This document shows positions 25,690 through 40,759 of a stretch of 64,000 nt of DNA, piece by piece. The DNA is from Octopus bimaculoides. Its lineage: Eukaryota. The notes beneath the pieces are model-generated. The model was not told where the DNA came from. It saw only the letters and a program-made list of their open reading frames with translations, and did no database searches. The position numbers were made by a program, and so were the translations under genes. The stretch spans positions 30,885,272-30,949,271 of the forward strand of contig NC_068995.1 of the NCBI RefSeq assembly GCF_001194135.2, in the 5' to 3' direction. Every line of letters starts with the position of its first letter. The stretch's first letter is position 1.

Positions 25690-26750
25690 TCTTTCACTGT
25701 GGTGGATGGCTCTTCTTGAGCACAGTGAATCATCAATCTTCTTAGTCTTCTGTCATTTCTCCACAATGCTCAAAATGTTCAGATCAGCCTTCACTACTTT
25801 GTCACATGTCTCCCTGGGTCTCCCTCTTCCACAAGTTCTATCCACTAAGTTATTGACTTTTTATACAACTGTCTGCATCTATATGCATTACATAACCATA
25901 CCAATGCAGTCTTCTCTTTTGCACACTACATTTGAATCCTCTCATGCCTGATTTTTCTCTCAACAAATTTGCACACAGGTATTGCACATCCAACTGAGCA
26001 TACTAGCTGTGTTCCTTTCCAGTCTTAGCATGTTCTCTGCGTTCAGAATCTATGTCTTTCTGCTATTTATATGCAAGCGTCATACCATCTGTCTTTCACT
26101 GAGAGAGAGAGAGAGAGAAACATTTTATTACCAACAAAAGTAATTGTTCTCTGAACTTTCTCCTGCTGGTTTTTATTATCGTAACTATACTTCTATACTT
26201 TCAGAATATCCTCCTCTACTGCTCATTAGGTCACTTAATTTGCAATATGTTCTTAATATTTATTGCTCCTGCACTTCTGCCACATACAAAATCGATTTTC
26301 TCTGCTAACCTGCTTATGATTCCACTGCACCTCTCTGTGTACACCATATAGAATTTCTATCTATGTTTTTCCTTTATATCGAGGTGGGCCATTTTTGAAA
26401 AGTAGGTAGTCCTCTATATTTTTCTGTTTACTAGAATTTTGGTCCTTGCTGAGTTAACTTTTGATTTCAGTTTTTGCTTTCACATCAGCATATAGCATTT
26501 CCTAAGAGTATCAGAGTTTAAATTCCTCTGTCACGGCATGGAGGACTATGATCAATAGGAGGGAACTGAGAACTGAACTTTGGTGAACTCCGACCTGTAC
26601 AGTAAATTCATTACTGTACTCATTGTTAACTATCACCTTGCGGACATCACTCCTGTACATGGCTTGTATGGTTCTCACAACCTCCCCCAGAGGCCACCAG
26701 ACCAAGGAGTGAAGGTCTTCTTCTGATCAACAAATGCCTAGTACAGTGGC
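25690..26750 (-). mobile_element. RTE-type LINE fragments
   Basis: YSNEFTVQVGVHQSSVLSSLLLIIVL; the C-terminal part near 25800-26000 resembles the 3130-3665 copy. Confidence 0.65.
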
Positions 26751-26811
26751 TTACTCTCAACTAAATACTTATCTTGCAGTTGTTTTACACACACACACAC
26801 ACACACACACG

Positions 26812-26846
<35 letters not shown>

Positions 26847-27722
26847 TTTTATTCTTATACTGGACTAAAGTAATTGTAATGATATAATGGATTATGTAGT
26901 CCTAGGTACACTAAATATTTGACAGGGTGGTCATTAGTGGAACATCTTTGATCAGACTTATGATCTATGGCTGAAACAACAACTATTTGATATTTACTGA
27001 ATGCTATTATACATCATTTCATTGTTGTTTAGCCTAAGGTTAACCTTGATTGTACAGACCTATGTTCAAAAACATCCCAGTTGTGAGTATTCTACACCAT
27101 TTTTCTGTCCAGGCATCTATGACAACATTATCAACTATGCCGTTTCCTTCTTTCAAGATTGTAGGTTGTGATTTGAGAGAAATTTGATTGCTATTTCAAG
27201 CAGATTTAATGGCCACATGAAGCATTTACTTTGTTGGATACGAAAGTATTTTTAATGCATTTTGCACTTCACTAGTGCATGTGTATTGTTTTATGGCTGA
27301 GTAGAATAAATGTGCATCCATTATATTTTAAAACAAATTCATTATTCAATTTTTATGTAATAAAACTGATTGTGTTGTAAGATATGTAGCACTTTGTTTA
27401 GTATGTCAGCCATGGAGTAAAACAGTTTGAAAATTGTTGATGTAGAGACTTCCTTGTTGGCTCATGGTTTTTATGGTAGATTAAATTGATGCTAAGAAAA
27501 GAGGTTTTAGCATGATATTTAACAGATGTGTTACTCTTGAGTTGGGTAAGTGTAGTGTTGTGTGTACATTGGGGGTGCAGACAACTAATGGTGGTAGTAA
27601 ACTGCAAATATGTTGGGCAGACAATAACAGAGCAAGTATGAAATTAGAGAAATCCACTAAAACTTCCACATTTCCAACAAATGCTAAGTTTTACTATTAT
27701 TTCTAATGGAATCTCATGGTGA

Positions 27723-27797
<75 letters not shown>

Positions 27798-27799
<2 letters not shown>

Positions 27800-28470
27800 T
27801 GTGTTGATGAGTGTGGGGCTGAAAATGAATGAACTCAAGATGAAGTATCTTGTAGAGAGCATTAAGAAGCCAGAAAGGATTATGAATGTAGGTGGAAAGC
27901 CACTAGAGTTGGTTGAGAACCTCCTGTATCCGGGAGCAAAGATTGGGAACACACATGGTGATATAGTTGAGAGGAAGAGCAAAGCCTGGGTGGCATGCCA
28001 CAGTTTGAGATCCATATGGACCTGAAGATCCTTCTCTTCATTGCTGCAGTGGAGTCTATGCTGTTGTATGGGTCTGAGACTTGGACACTGACCAAGAAAC
28101 TCACTCAGGGGGTGGATGGGTGCTACACGAGAATGCTGAGGATGGCTCTGAACATTAATCAGTATACACTGAGGATGAAGATCTCAGAGCTGTACGAGAG
28201 CCACCCAATAGTTAGCTCGAAAGTAACAGAGGAGACTGAGTTTAGCTGGATATGCTCACCATCATTCAGAGTTGATATTGCACTCACTGCTCCTGTGTGA
28301 GCCTATGCATGGACACATTAGAAGAGGTGACCGAGGATGACATATGTTGATGCCCTAAGGACAGACACTGGTCTCTGGGAGACACAGGACATGGCAGTGA
28401 TGATGAGGGACAAAGACCGCTGGAGAGAACTTGTCCATGGATCTCGGGAATTTTACCTGTCCAAGAGATA
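27798..28470 (+). mobile_element. LINE C-terminal fragment (RTE-X-like), degenerate
   Basis: KILLFIAAVESMLLYGSETWTLTKKLTQGVDGCYTRMLRMALNI. Confidence 0.75.
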
Positions 28471-28672
28471 TATATATTGTGTTACACAAAGAAGTTGTGC
28501 ATAGTACCAGGTTTATCAACCCAGGTCAAATATAACAAACTACTTCAAATTGTTGTTAGAGGATCTGCGTAAGTGGAATCTAGACCAGCTAGTTTGTACT
28601 GGTATCAAGTTATATAAGTTGTAATAATGAAGTCAAACCAAATAGTGATATCTTGAAATCATTTAATACATA

Positions 28673-29750
28673 CAGGGGTTGGACAAAATAATGGAAACAC
28701 CTTAAAATTTCAAACAAATTTATTTTAATATGGGGTAGGACTGCCCTTGGCAGTAATTACAGCTTGAATTCTAGGAGGTATGGACTCATACAATGTTTGA
28801 ATTGTTTCCAAAGGAATTTTTGTCCATTCTTCAGCTAAAACAGTCTCCAGTTCTTGTGATGATCGTGGAGGATATCGGCTCCTTACTTGTTTTTCTAAAG
28901 GTTCAATAATATTGTGATCTGGGGACTGTGGTGGCCAGATAAGATGTTCAACGTCACTAGAATGTTCCTCATGCCATTCAGTAACAACTTTAGCTGTGTG
29001 AATTGGTGCATTATCATCCTGAAAGATTGTGTTTTCCCCTGGAAACAGTTCCGCAACCATAGGATGAATTTGATCAGATAAAATGCTTAAATAGTCTTGA
29101 CTATTAATTCTGCCATGAAAGGAAACCATTGGGCCGGTGGATTTCCAAGATATAGCCCCCCTCCCATCATCACAGATCCTCCTCCATGTTTAACAGTTGG
29201 AAGAAGGCAGTCTGGGTCAAATGCTTCTTTTGACTGTCTCCACATGTAAAGGATGACTCATCCGAGAAAATAACATTCTTCCACTGCTCTAGGGACCAAT
29301 TCTGTAGGTTTTTACTCCACTCTAAACGCTTTGCAACGTTCGTTTTTGAAAATAGTGGTTNNNNNNNNNNNNNNNNNNNNNNNNNNNNNNNNNNNNNNNN
29401 NNNNNNNNNNNNNNNNNNNNNNNNNNNNNNNNNNNNNNNNNNNNNNNNNNNNNNNNNNNNNNNNNNNNNNNNNNNNNNNNNNNNNNNNNNNNNNNNNNNN
29501 NNNNNNNNNNNNNNNNNNNNNNNNNNNNNNNNNNNNNNNNNNNNNNNNNNNNNNNNNNNNNNNNNNNNNNNNNNNNNNNNNNNNNNNNNNNNNNNNNNNN
29601 NNNNNNNNNNNNNNNNNNNNNNNNNNNNNNNNNNNNNNNNNNNNNNNNNNNNNNNNNNNNNNNNNNNTGAAAATAAACAAGCTTTTGACAGTTTTATAGA
29701 TATTTTAAAATTATGATGCTAGGTGTTCCCATTATTTTGTCCAACCCCTG
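28673..29750 (-). mobile_element. Tc1-like transposon with intact 30-bp TIRs and TA TSD
   Basis: TIRs CAGGGGTTGGACAAAATAATGG(A/G)AACACCT match 29/30; minus ORF 28725-29129 has IFQDDNAPIH..WPPQSPDHNIIE; N gap in the 5' half. Confidence 0.92.
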
Positions 29751-32076
29751 TATATATTAAATGATTTCAAAATATCACTATTTGGTTTGACATTATCATA
29801 TGTATATATATATATATATATATTTATAATGTTAAATCTCTGAATGAGGTATAAACAGTAACTGCACGACAACGTGAAGTATATTTGCCACCTAAATGCA
29901 GCTAAACCCTAAGGGTGAATGTTACTGTTGCTTTTAGCCCCAGGAGAACACCTCCTCCAGCTGGCTATTGACACACATCTGTGTCCTGTTCTGTCTGTCT
30001 CACATATATTTATACATAAATATGTATCATAGTATCAACCAGATCATTAAATGCTGTTATACACTGCTAGTCACAATGCATTTCCAATTCGGTTTTGATT
30101 GTGCTGTTCTTTCCCATTTTGACCCAAATTACTTGACTAAGACATCTTCCCATCATTGTGGAGGCCGTCTAAGTGGACTTTTATATATAATAATACATAT
30201 AAATAAAATAGTAAAAAATGTGTTTTTTATTATTATTATTCTTTTTAATTGAAAATGTTAGAATAAGTCTTTGTTTTTGTCCATGTTTATTTTTTCATAA
30301 GCAACACCCACTAGTTGATGAAGATTTCTGCTTTTTTTTTTGTTTTTTGTCTTCTTTGGCTAGTCATAAGTTACATCCACCAATGGAATGAAATTATTTG
30401 ATTGGTGTAAAATGGTGTGTGTCCTTAAGGTCAGTGGATCTGGCTAATAGTACTTTAGTAATGTCTTGCCTGAAGAAGCATCCACCCAAGCAATAGAACT
30501 AAAACTGTATTCAAATACATAATTATTGAGGCTAATCTTAAAATAATGTTATATGAATATGAAAATGGCTACCTAATGATGGTGTGTGATATAGAAACAT
30601 ATGTTGCGATGCATAATTAAAACCTATGAATTTCCATCCTCGTGTTATTGTTATTATTATTATATATATCCTAAGCTAAAAGGAGTTCCACATGTATACC
30701 CATACAATTGGATTACCCCAGAAGATGGAGTTAACATGTGGTAACCGACAAGAAGCATAGGAGCTTTTAAGAGCACATTACAAGGCTTTTGCCCAAACTA
30801 AACTCTGTGTATTTGTGGATGGAAATTTTTTGACTTTATTTATGTACTGTGACATATGTTTCTGCATTCCACTTATTTGTTTGTGAGGACATTTTCACAC
30901 CCATAAGATATTACTAAATATCATTTACAATGTCTATGAATCTTGAGTATGCCTCCATTACATGTGTGTGCTTCCTCAGGAATTTGCATTAATGTCTTTT
31001 TGCTAGTCATGTGGACAATTACCATTTTACACCTATCAGGAAGCTCCATTAAAATTTTTAGGTTGTTACTTGTGAATTGTCACAAATTATCAAAGGGGGA
31101 GACAAAAACAGAGGAGAAAAAGATAAAGAAAAAACTTTGTGGTTCATCACAAATCATATGGATAATATGCATGTATGTATGTAAATAAATACATGCATAT
31201 ACAGACATATAAGCATATGTACATGTATATGCATATATGCACATATATGTGAATGCTGGAAGGTACATGAGTACATGATTGACCACTAAATCCACAAGTT
31301 TTTTTTATTCTTTCTCTCTTTATTTCTTCGTGTAAAAGACTTTCTCAATTTCCCAAGCATCAAACTAATACACCTGCTTGTTGTTTATACATGTCTTTGT
31401 CTTGTTTTTCTGTAAATTTCAACTATATGTACACTCACCCATACACATATCCACACACACACATTCCTATTCCATCTACGTACACATACCTACACGCACA
31501 CTCACATCCATACCCACCCATTCACATAGCTTTCAGATTGCCTCTCAAATACCTTACCACTGACCATCCCATCTATGCACATGCGCAAAAACCATCACAC
31601 CTGTTACCATAGCTGCTGACCTCTTATATTAACAGACACAAAGATCACTCACACATATATAAACAGTTAATACCACAAACACACACACAGTTGCTGCCAT
31701 ACATACACACACACACGCACACACATACCCAGTTACTGCCACACACACACTACTGTATACACAAACATGCATGCACACATACACACAGATACTAACCTTT
31801 CTTTACACTCTCCTGTCTTAGAAAGCACTTTCTCTTTGTCCATCTACTTCCAGTCATTCCAAAATGTAGCTACATGTGGATTGTTGGCATTTTTTTTTCC
31901 TCTGTCTTCTTTTTCTTTTGGACTTTCCTCTGTCTCTTATTTCTGAAGAAGAGCTTTGCTCGAAATGTAAAACACCCTTTCTTTTCTTCCTTGAGCATCT
32001 TATTAATACTTTGCATGTACCATGTCCTCGTGTTGTTTTTCCTTGTCTTTTTTCTCTGTTTTTTAAATTTTATTAA

Positions 32077-32125
<49 letters not shown>

Positions 32126-32377
32126 CACACACACACACATATACAAAATTCTTTATAAGCATCCACATATACAGGATCAGACCTTTTCACACTTGTTATA
32201 CACGACAGCACCTTGCATCTTCCACAATTTAGAATCCACTTTCTCCTCTTCACAAAGTAGCTTTTATATAACATAGCTTTAGACGTCAATGCACCTACAA
32301 TCCACTGTAGTTTGGGAAGATTGCACACCACTCTGTCCTGAATTTTACATCCTGTATATGTGGATGCTTGTAAAGAA

Positions 32378-32416
<39 letters not shown>

Positions 32417-32469
32417 TGGAATTTAAATTCTGCTGAGGTAGACTTTGCTTTTCATCCTTCTTCATCATC

Positions 32470-34230
32470 ATCATCCAGTGTTTTAAATTCGGGTTTTGTC
32501 CTCGTTAACCGGGGTGGCCAGATCTACCTCAATGCGATAGCACCCACCCTCTTGCCATCTTGCTTGGTTTTGGGTGTCCTCTTTTTCAAAGGAACTCTCC
32601 CAATCTCCATTGACTTGCGCTTCATTTACTTCAAACACAATCACCCTCCTCAGAACATGCTGTTCGTCCCTCCTCAACACATGCCCATACCACCTCATTC
32701 CATTCACTCTTACCAACCATTGCACCGATTCCTCCAACCCCAGCATTCCCATCAAATCCCCAGTCCTCCTCTTATCAAATAGCTTCACCCCACACATTTC
32801 TCTCCCCATTGCTCTCTCAGTCCTTCTCAAAATTACCACCTCTCTCTCCCTCAGACACCATATCTCCCTCCCATACAACATTGCAACTCTCACACAACTT
32901 TTATAGACCTTGAGAACCTTTTCTCATAAAACAATGCTCCACATTCCCTGCACTTCATCCAGCCAAGTCTCACTCTTGTTGTCACAGCTGCTTCAGATCC
33001 ACCACCTACATCTACCCTATCTCTCAAATTACAAAACCCTCTCACCATTTCCACTGGTTCTGCCAGCCCTCCAGCTCCTTTCTCACATCTTCCACAAACT
33101 CCACCTTCTTCATTTTCATACATCTACCATGAATCCATTTTCCACATCTCGTACACAACACTACATTTGCCATTACCCTCCTCCCACATACACCAGATAG
33201 ATCCACCTTATTCACTAACACTTCTCCTTCCACCTCGCTCACCATCACCTTTGGTTCCCGTGGTTTACCTTCAGACCCTTGCTTTCAGACACCTCCTTCC
33301 ATTTCCAAAACTTCTCCCTCAATCCCTCCATTGTCTCACTCATCAGAACAAGGTCATCCACATACAGTATCTCCATTATCAATCCCTCTCTTTGCACCTC
33401 TCCATCACCACATCAACAACTATTGCAAACAACAACGGGTGACAACACAGATCCCTGATGCAAACTCCTCCAACAGCTCTGATCCAATTCTAACTCTTGT
33501 TTTTACCCCCTCATACCAATTCATCAGTGCCCTCACTATTACCTCTAGTACACCTCTCTTCCTCAATGCCCACTCAATCACCTTCCTTGGAACCCTATCA
33601 AATGCCTTTTCCAGATCAATGAAGCACATGTACAACTCCTTCTCCTTTTCTCTGTATTCTTCTTGCAATCTCCTTATAATGAACACTGCATCTATTGTTC
33701 CCCTACCTGGCATAAAACCAAATTGCATTTCATCCACATCCACCCCTTCCAAATTCTCCTCTCCAACACCCTTTTCACTGTCTTCATTGCATGCTCCAAT
33801 AGCTTCACTCCTCTATACACCTCATAACTCATCACATCCCCCTTCCCCCTGAAGTTCAGTACCACCACACTTAGTACCCAATCATCTGGCATTCCTCTTC
33901 CATCCAGCATGCCTTGTCAGAGCTCCATCATTGCAACAATCCCGATCTCTCCACTTGCAGTTATTATTTCCACACTTACTTCTGATGGACCAGCTAACTT
34001 TCCTGTTTCCATTTCCTTCATTGCCTCTACTACTTCTTCCCAACTAACCCTCTCCACTGGCCCCTAAACTACAGCAACTTCTACCCTCTGATCCCATTCA
34101 TTCTCCTCATTTATAATTCCCTCCATATGCTTCTTCCAAACTCTTCCCCTGTCCTTCTCACTAAAATTCAACCTTCTATCACTCCGCCTTATGCATCTTC
34201 CTCCCTCAACATCTCTTCCATCTCTTTTTC
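32470..34230 (-). mobile_element. RTE-type LINE, RT and C-terminus, degenerate
   Basis: [41 protein letters not shown]; AMLYGREIW; MRWYGHVLRRD. Confidence 0.9.
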
Positions 34231-35519
34231 ATTGATTTAATAAACATAAACACTCTATCTGGAAAGAATAAAAAGTTTTGAATGGTACAACAATGCACTA
34301 TAATACAAAAAATGGACTATATACCTGTTGTAATTTAGTTATCTATAGTCCGATGATATTTTGGAATACCTTCAAGCGAACTACAATACTCTCCTTACTC
34401 TATCTGGGTTCTCATCTAGTCTACTCAACCTCTCCTCAGCCTCCTTCCTCGTAGATCTTGCAACCACCTTGGGGTCGATAAAATAAGTACCAATTGAACA
34501 CTGTTGACCCAGTACCAAAATTTGAAATGAATATTAATGGATGGAGAATTATAATATATATATATATATGGTATTTATTTTATCAACCCCAGAAGGATGA
34601 AAGGCAAAGTCTACTTCAGTAGAATTTGAACTCAGAATGTAAAGCGGGATAAAATCTTGCTAAGCATTTTGTCTAGCATGTTAATGACTCTACCAGCTCA
34701 CCACCTTACTTCATCCATTGATATTGTTCTCCATACCAATATACACAGCAACCAGACCATCCTCCCCTCCCTGAACCACCAAACTATCTTTCCTTATGTT
34801 CCACACCTGCTTGTCTTTACTATGCTATGTTGTGATTTCAATTGTGCCAGTTCCACAAAAAAAAAAAAAAAAGCATGCAATACACACTGTTATGTGGTTG
34901 GCATTAGGATTGGCATGGTTTCTAGGGCATCCAGCCATAGAAACTATGCCAAAGCAGACACTGGAGCATGATGCAGTCCTTGGACTCATCATGTCCTTGT
35001 CAAATTGTGCAACCCATGCCAGCATGGAACTTGTATATTGTGATTGTATACCAGTCATTTATTGTCAATTAAAATGTTGTTTAATTACTTTAAGAATTTG
35101 ACATTTTTTCTTGTGAGCTTATTTTCATTCGCCAGTTTCTTAAAGTGAATGGTTGAAGAATGGGTAAAAGATCACATTTCATTGAAATACCATAAATAAC
35201 AAAGTCATTAAACAATATTTTAAGTTATTAATTAACAATCAATACATGATGGTAATACTATTCCATGTAGACAAAGAGGAGTTATCCAATACCTTCAGAG
35301 AATTTCCTGCTAAATTAGTCATTTCTAACTTGTTTTTTCTGGTCTGTCATTAGAGGACATAGACAGCAGTACATTTGAGTAAAAATAGAGAAATGATTTA
35401 ATTTTGTTGCATATTAATCTTCTGGTATTTGTTTGGAGTTTTACATTTGACCAATAAAAGATTTAAAAGTCACAGATATGACTTCACAATTTTGGGTCCA
35501 GTCTTACTCCATGTGTCTT

Positions 35520-35780
35520 CTATTATAGTTCTGGACCAAACAATGCCTTGTGAGTGGATTTAATAGAGAGAGACTGTGTGGAAGCCCATCGTGTGTGTGT
35601 GTGTGTGTGTGTGTGCACCTTTGTGCTTATGTTTGTCTCCCTATCATTTAACAATCGGTGTTGGTTTGTTTATGTCCCCATTTGGTTTGGCAAAGTACTG
35701 GAATTGATTTGTTTGATTAACCTAACTCGGCTGTGCTCCAGCATGGCCATAGCCCAGTGAGTGAAATGATTAAAAGAGTA
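35520..35780 (+). mobile_element. SINE family A, diverged and partial
   Basis: gccttgtgagtggattt..gtgctccagcatggcca. Confidence 0.65.
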
Positions 35781-35819
35781 AATCCATTAAGTTACATAAG
35801 TTGTCAACATATTCCTTTA

Positions 35820-36000
35820 ATATCTATGTCAATTTAATTAGGTATAATTTATATAAATATCTAATTAGATATGATTTGTGTAAATATCTAATTATATATA
35901 TTTTATATAAATATCTATTTAATTAGATATGATTTTGTAAATATCTATTTAATTAGATATAATTTATGTAAATATTTAATTAGAATTTTATAAATATATA
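35820..36000. repeat. AT-rich degenerate tandem repeat, about 30-bp unit
   Basis: taaatatcta(ttt)aattagatat recurs 4-5 times. Confidence 0.7.
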
Positions 36001-38479
36001 TTCAAATTATAGAAATTAGTAAGATTTTCAGCCAATACTTCTTAACCGCTTTTCTGTTCTTTACTCCCTCCATTCCAGACTGACCAAATCAATACTGAAT
36101 TTTCAGACATATTTATCACCTGCCCTTGGGGGGTAAATTTACTCCTGTGTATGAGGCTCACTCTCTTTGGTTATTTCAAGATTAAATGTTGATTGAAAAA
36201 TTTTGATAATTTATTAAAATATCTAAATTGTTAATTTAGCTGAAAGAAATTAATTTTGTCAGGAAAAACACATTTTTCTTTTAGTCAAATTTGTTTCTCT
36301 TGGCTTTAAAATGCTGACTTGTAAATAAGATGAGTTTTTTTATTTCAATGTTTACTTTAGTTTGACTTCATTTTATCTTTCATTATTGAGATGGTGGGTA
36401 TGATAAACTGATTGAAGGAAAGTTATTTGAGATAGTCCATCATCATCATAATGGTGGTTTCAAATTTTGGCACAAAGCCAGTAATGGCTCTCATGGCTTC
36501 TGATCTTAACTGATTGGAAGTGTTATTATGTACATATTTTGTATTGGTATAAAAGATGGGCCACAGCAAATATTCTGCCTAATACCACAGATATGCTTGT
36601 CAGTTGCTTGACTATAACCAGTTGAGCATATCTTTTAGTGATTGACAATATGTGCAACTCTGATCAGGAGTAGTGGGAGAGCATCATAGCTATTTGTTGA
36701 GAGGAATTCTTTGGGATTTGAATAATTCACCTCTGGAAACATAGGAGTTTCATTCAACATCCTTTAACCACCCTTATTTAGAGGCCTTTTGAGCAGGATG
36801 GGCTACTCAACCTGTAGAAAATTCTAATTGGGCCCCACTTGTAAGGTCATGCACTGCGTATCTTGATATGAGATCACCATGTCATGCACATATGATTGTG
36901 ATGCATGTGCTTGGTGTACCCTTATCAGTTATATAATCATGATGGGTATATTGGGCTTTGTATATTTGTACCCCAGTATCATTTTGATGGCATGTGCTTC
37001 TCTCTAACTCAATAATAATAATAGTAATGGTTTTGAATTTTGGCACAAGGCCAACAAGTTCAGTGGATGGCCGTAAGTCAATTCCATTAACCCCAGTGTT
37101 CAACTGGTACTTATTTTATCAACCCCAAAAGGATAAAAGGCAAAGTTGACCTTGGTGGAGTTTGAACTCAGAAAGTAAAGACAGACAAAATGCTGCGTAG
37201 CATTTTGCTTGGTATGCTAACAATTCTGCCAGCTTGCTGACTTTATTTTTATTATTATTATTATTATAAAAATAATAATAGTTTCCGATTTTGGCAGAAG
37301 GAAGGATATTTTTTGAACCCTGAAGGAATCAAAGCCAACTTGACCTCAGTTAAATTTGAACTCAAAAAATAAAGAGCCAAAACAAATACTGTGGAGCATT
37401 TCTCTGAAGTTCTAATGATTCTGCCAACTTTCCGTTCTGATGATGACGACGATGGCTACTGCTGCTTCTGCCAACATGAAAATCTGTTTCTAAAAATATA
37501 TTTATCAGTGGTTCTGTGCTGTGTGTTGTGTTTAGTCTTTGAGTGAAAGTATATAAATCTGTTGTTTTAAATAATTTGGAATTATTGAGAAAGGTTTGGC
37601 CAGATTTATAACTTAAAACCATTGATATAATAACGTATATTACTAATATATGTTAATATACAGTACTGATGGCATTGGAATTAAAAAGCATTGCAACTGA
37701 AGAGTTGATCAAATCCACATGGCAATGCTATAGAATATCGAAAAATCCTCAATGGACTTTTTGTATGTTGGTGGTGGAGGTGTTGTCATCTTCAAAATAG
37801 CTATTTATTTCTTCTTGCTTGTGAGCTGACATATAGAAAGGAAGTTTTTATACGTCATTGTCCAACCTTATAGAAAGAGCAGCTAAATCATCCTCAAATA
37901 ACACTCTTCTGTCTTAAAGATTGGTAAGGAGATAATAAAGCATGTAACACATACTACTAAATGGACTTGGGAGTCATGGCCAGTATATCTTTAGGGGATT
38001 TACCTGACACTAAACTACAATAAACATTTTATGTTAAAAAGTTATTATAGTGTAAAAGTATGAAGGTTCTCCTATGTTTAGGAATGATAATTATTTCTTA
38101 AGATTATGGTCAGTGTGTCAGTCTGTCGATATACATACAAATGCATGTACATACATACATACATACATACATACATACATACATACATACATACAGTTTC
38201 CTCATAATGATCACAAGATTGTGATGTCTTTGTGTTATATATATAAATATAGAAATAATAACTGCAAAAAACTGTGACATGTGTATATATGTCATATTGT
38301 GTCCTTTTTACATGTTATCATAAATTGGATGGTTCGTTATGGTCTGCATCAGTTCTTACCTGGTGTTAGTGTCCTCCTAGACAGGTCAAAGAACCCATGT
38401 TACATTCAGTTGTCAGCTGATTGCAACTGCTAAGTTCATGTGACATTTGGTTTATAGATAATTGTTCTAACAACTCCAG

Positions 38480-40700
38480 TGTTGTGTTATGTAGATTTGA
38501 TAGTGCTGACCATCATAGTTCTTGCTTCTGATGATCTCTATTTAGAGGAAGTATTCCTGTGAATGTGTAGTTTGCAAATGTGAGACTTGATATATTTCTT
38601 ACAACCTATGTGGTACACCATGTAGGCCTATCTAATTGTTGATAGAGCAGTGAACTAATAAGCTTTGCTGGGGCCAAGTTCCACATAGGCATTTTATTAG
38701 GAAAAACTCTGAGTGTACTGTGAACCAAATCTTTTCCTGGGGCCCACCTGATGAATTGCAGTAGTTCTGTCATTAGGGTGTGGTAGTTTTAGAAATTGCA
38801 TTGGTGGTGATCTGAACCTTGTTTGGTAAAGTTTGTATCATTTGGAACTGCTTGCTTTGGGTAGAATGTAATATTTATTTGTTGTGGTGCAGTAATAGAC
38901 CTCTGAAGGCAGTTTTTTCTGTTACAGCTGGTTTTAATGGATTCCTTGTCTCTGATTTTGTGTGAAAAGTCAGAGAGGGAGAAAGACACCAGGTGTTGTT
39001 GGGATGACCCTTTTCAAAGTGTGTATGGTAGTTGTTGATCATGTTGAGTATATCACATATGCTAATTGTCTCTTCATGAGAAGATGATTGTATGTAGATG
39101 TCATGTACATCCTTAGAGAAAAAAATGCAGTAGTTATAGTTGTTAAATACACTGCACTGTAGCTGTCGATATGTTTAATGGCTCATAAAGCTGATAGACT
39201 TGACCACAAAGTTAGTGCTGAAATGTAGAATCACTACCTATATACAAAATGAAATGTGCCACAGCCACAGAATTCTTCACTGCAACAAATATTGTAGTAT
39301 CATTGACATTACTTGAGATGAATTTCCTATCAATAAATCTAGAGTCAGAAATGTTCACAAGGATCTCTTTTGCATGTTGAATTATGTCTGGTTGCTCTCG
39401 TAAATTAATTTTGTAAAATAAATAAATAAATATATATAAACAAATAGATAAATAAAAGAGAAAACTTCGATATTTCTAAAAAAAAAACAAAATTAAAATC
39501 TTTTGTTTTTTTTTGTATTTGTTTCTGATTGTCTGGCCTTACATTAAGACTTCATGTGTTAATTATATTTTAGCTTTAATTAAAAGAAGAAGTTATTTGT
39601 TTACAATTTTTGTGTTTCTTCGTGAGATCAGTGACAGCTCTTGCATTTTCTTAATAAAATTGAAAGAATTTGGTGGGGGTTTAAATCTTAGTCACTTTCA
39701 GTTTGCTTGAACATTATTGTTCCCCTTGTTTCAATGATTTGTAAAATAAAAAAACAGGAAAAATTTGATTATTGAAATAATAATAATAATAATAATAATA
39801 AAGACCAAGATTAGGTGCCTGGCACCTGGAATATCATCAGGCACTCACTGCCCTCTACTAGTCGGGCAATACAGTTGGTGAAGGTTCTTCTGTAGTAATA
39901 TATAGAAATCTTGTGGTGGGTAAGAGCAATTTTGGAGGACTTTTGGGCCTGGTACTGCTATGGATAACTGGCCTGGCAGTGCTACCAAGGAACATTACCA
40001 GTTTGAGATAAATTCTACAGGCATGAAAGTGCTGTCATGTAGGATTGTCTGAGATGCATACAGAATGACAAAACCATTCTGCATACACTCATGCAATGTC
40101 TGAGTATTGCTGACTTGTGGAGTTATGTCAAACAGTTGTTACCGTGTGTTTGAAGAATCTGACTATTGGTTGAATCCATTGTGAGGATTGCCTTCCCACT
40201 CACCTTTAACAAGGTAGGGCAGGCAGTGTTTCTCTGTCAAGTGGCTATAGAGAAAGAGATTTTGTGGAGGGTGAGGTTGAAAGGATTGAGGAAAGATAAC
40301 TTCCTTTTTGGTCAAGCTCTTATCAACCTTTTTATGTCCTACTTGGAAAGGAAAGTGAAAGTGGAGAGAGAAATGCTACCTCCCAGTAAATTTGTGAGAG
40401 GAGTGACTGTGGCAGAAATAGTTAAAGTGAATTGCATGCACCTATAGATTGAAGAACAACAGGTGGGAGAGGGCTGATGCCTTTGGTGGTCAGGTTAATC
40501 CTGGGTCTGTGGGGTTCTTTGATTGGCCCTAGTTGGAATTTCTCTTGTATCAGGTGGACTGCATCATTCTTGTTATCACATACTTTGTATACTGTTGTAT
40601 TCTTTTATCGCATTTCATTATCTTTTCCATTTCTTTCTCCCCATTCTTTATATAAATCCCCACACAAATTTGATGTCCCCCTTATCTATATAAAAGAAAT
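38480..40700 (-). mobile_element. Highly degenerate retroelement remnant, probably Penelope-like
   Basis: Weak minus-strand motifs (CNRKNCL, YMVYHIGCKKY) and similar character to 16400-17580; no intact frame. Confidence 0.3.
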
Positions 40701-40759
40701 AATAATGGTAATAATAATAATAATAATAATTTTATGGTTAGAATAAAGAACACTTGTAT

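Noticed and set aside
27526-27545. 20-nt candidate cassette exon (aacag|...TTGG|gtaagt)
   Set aside because: Good donor but weak pyrimidine tract and no similarity to CstF-77; expected by chance without RNA evidence.
30676-30744. Short frame LKGVPHVYPYNWITPEDGVNMW after a possible acceptor
   Set aside because: No recognisable homology, weak splice sites, and it ends in a stop.
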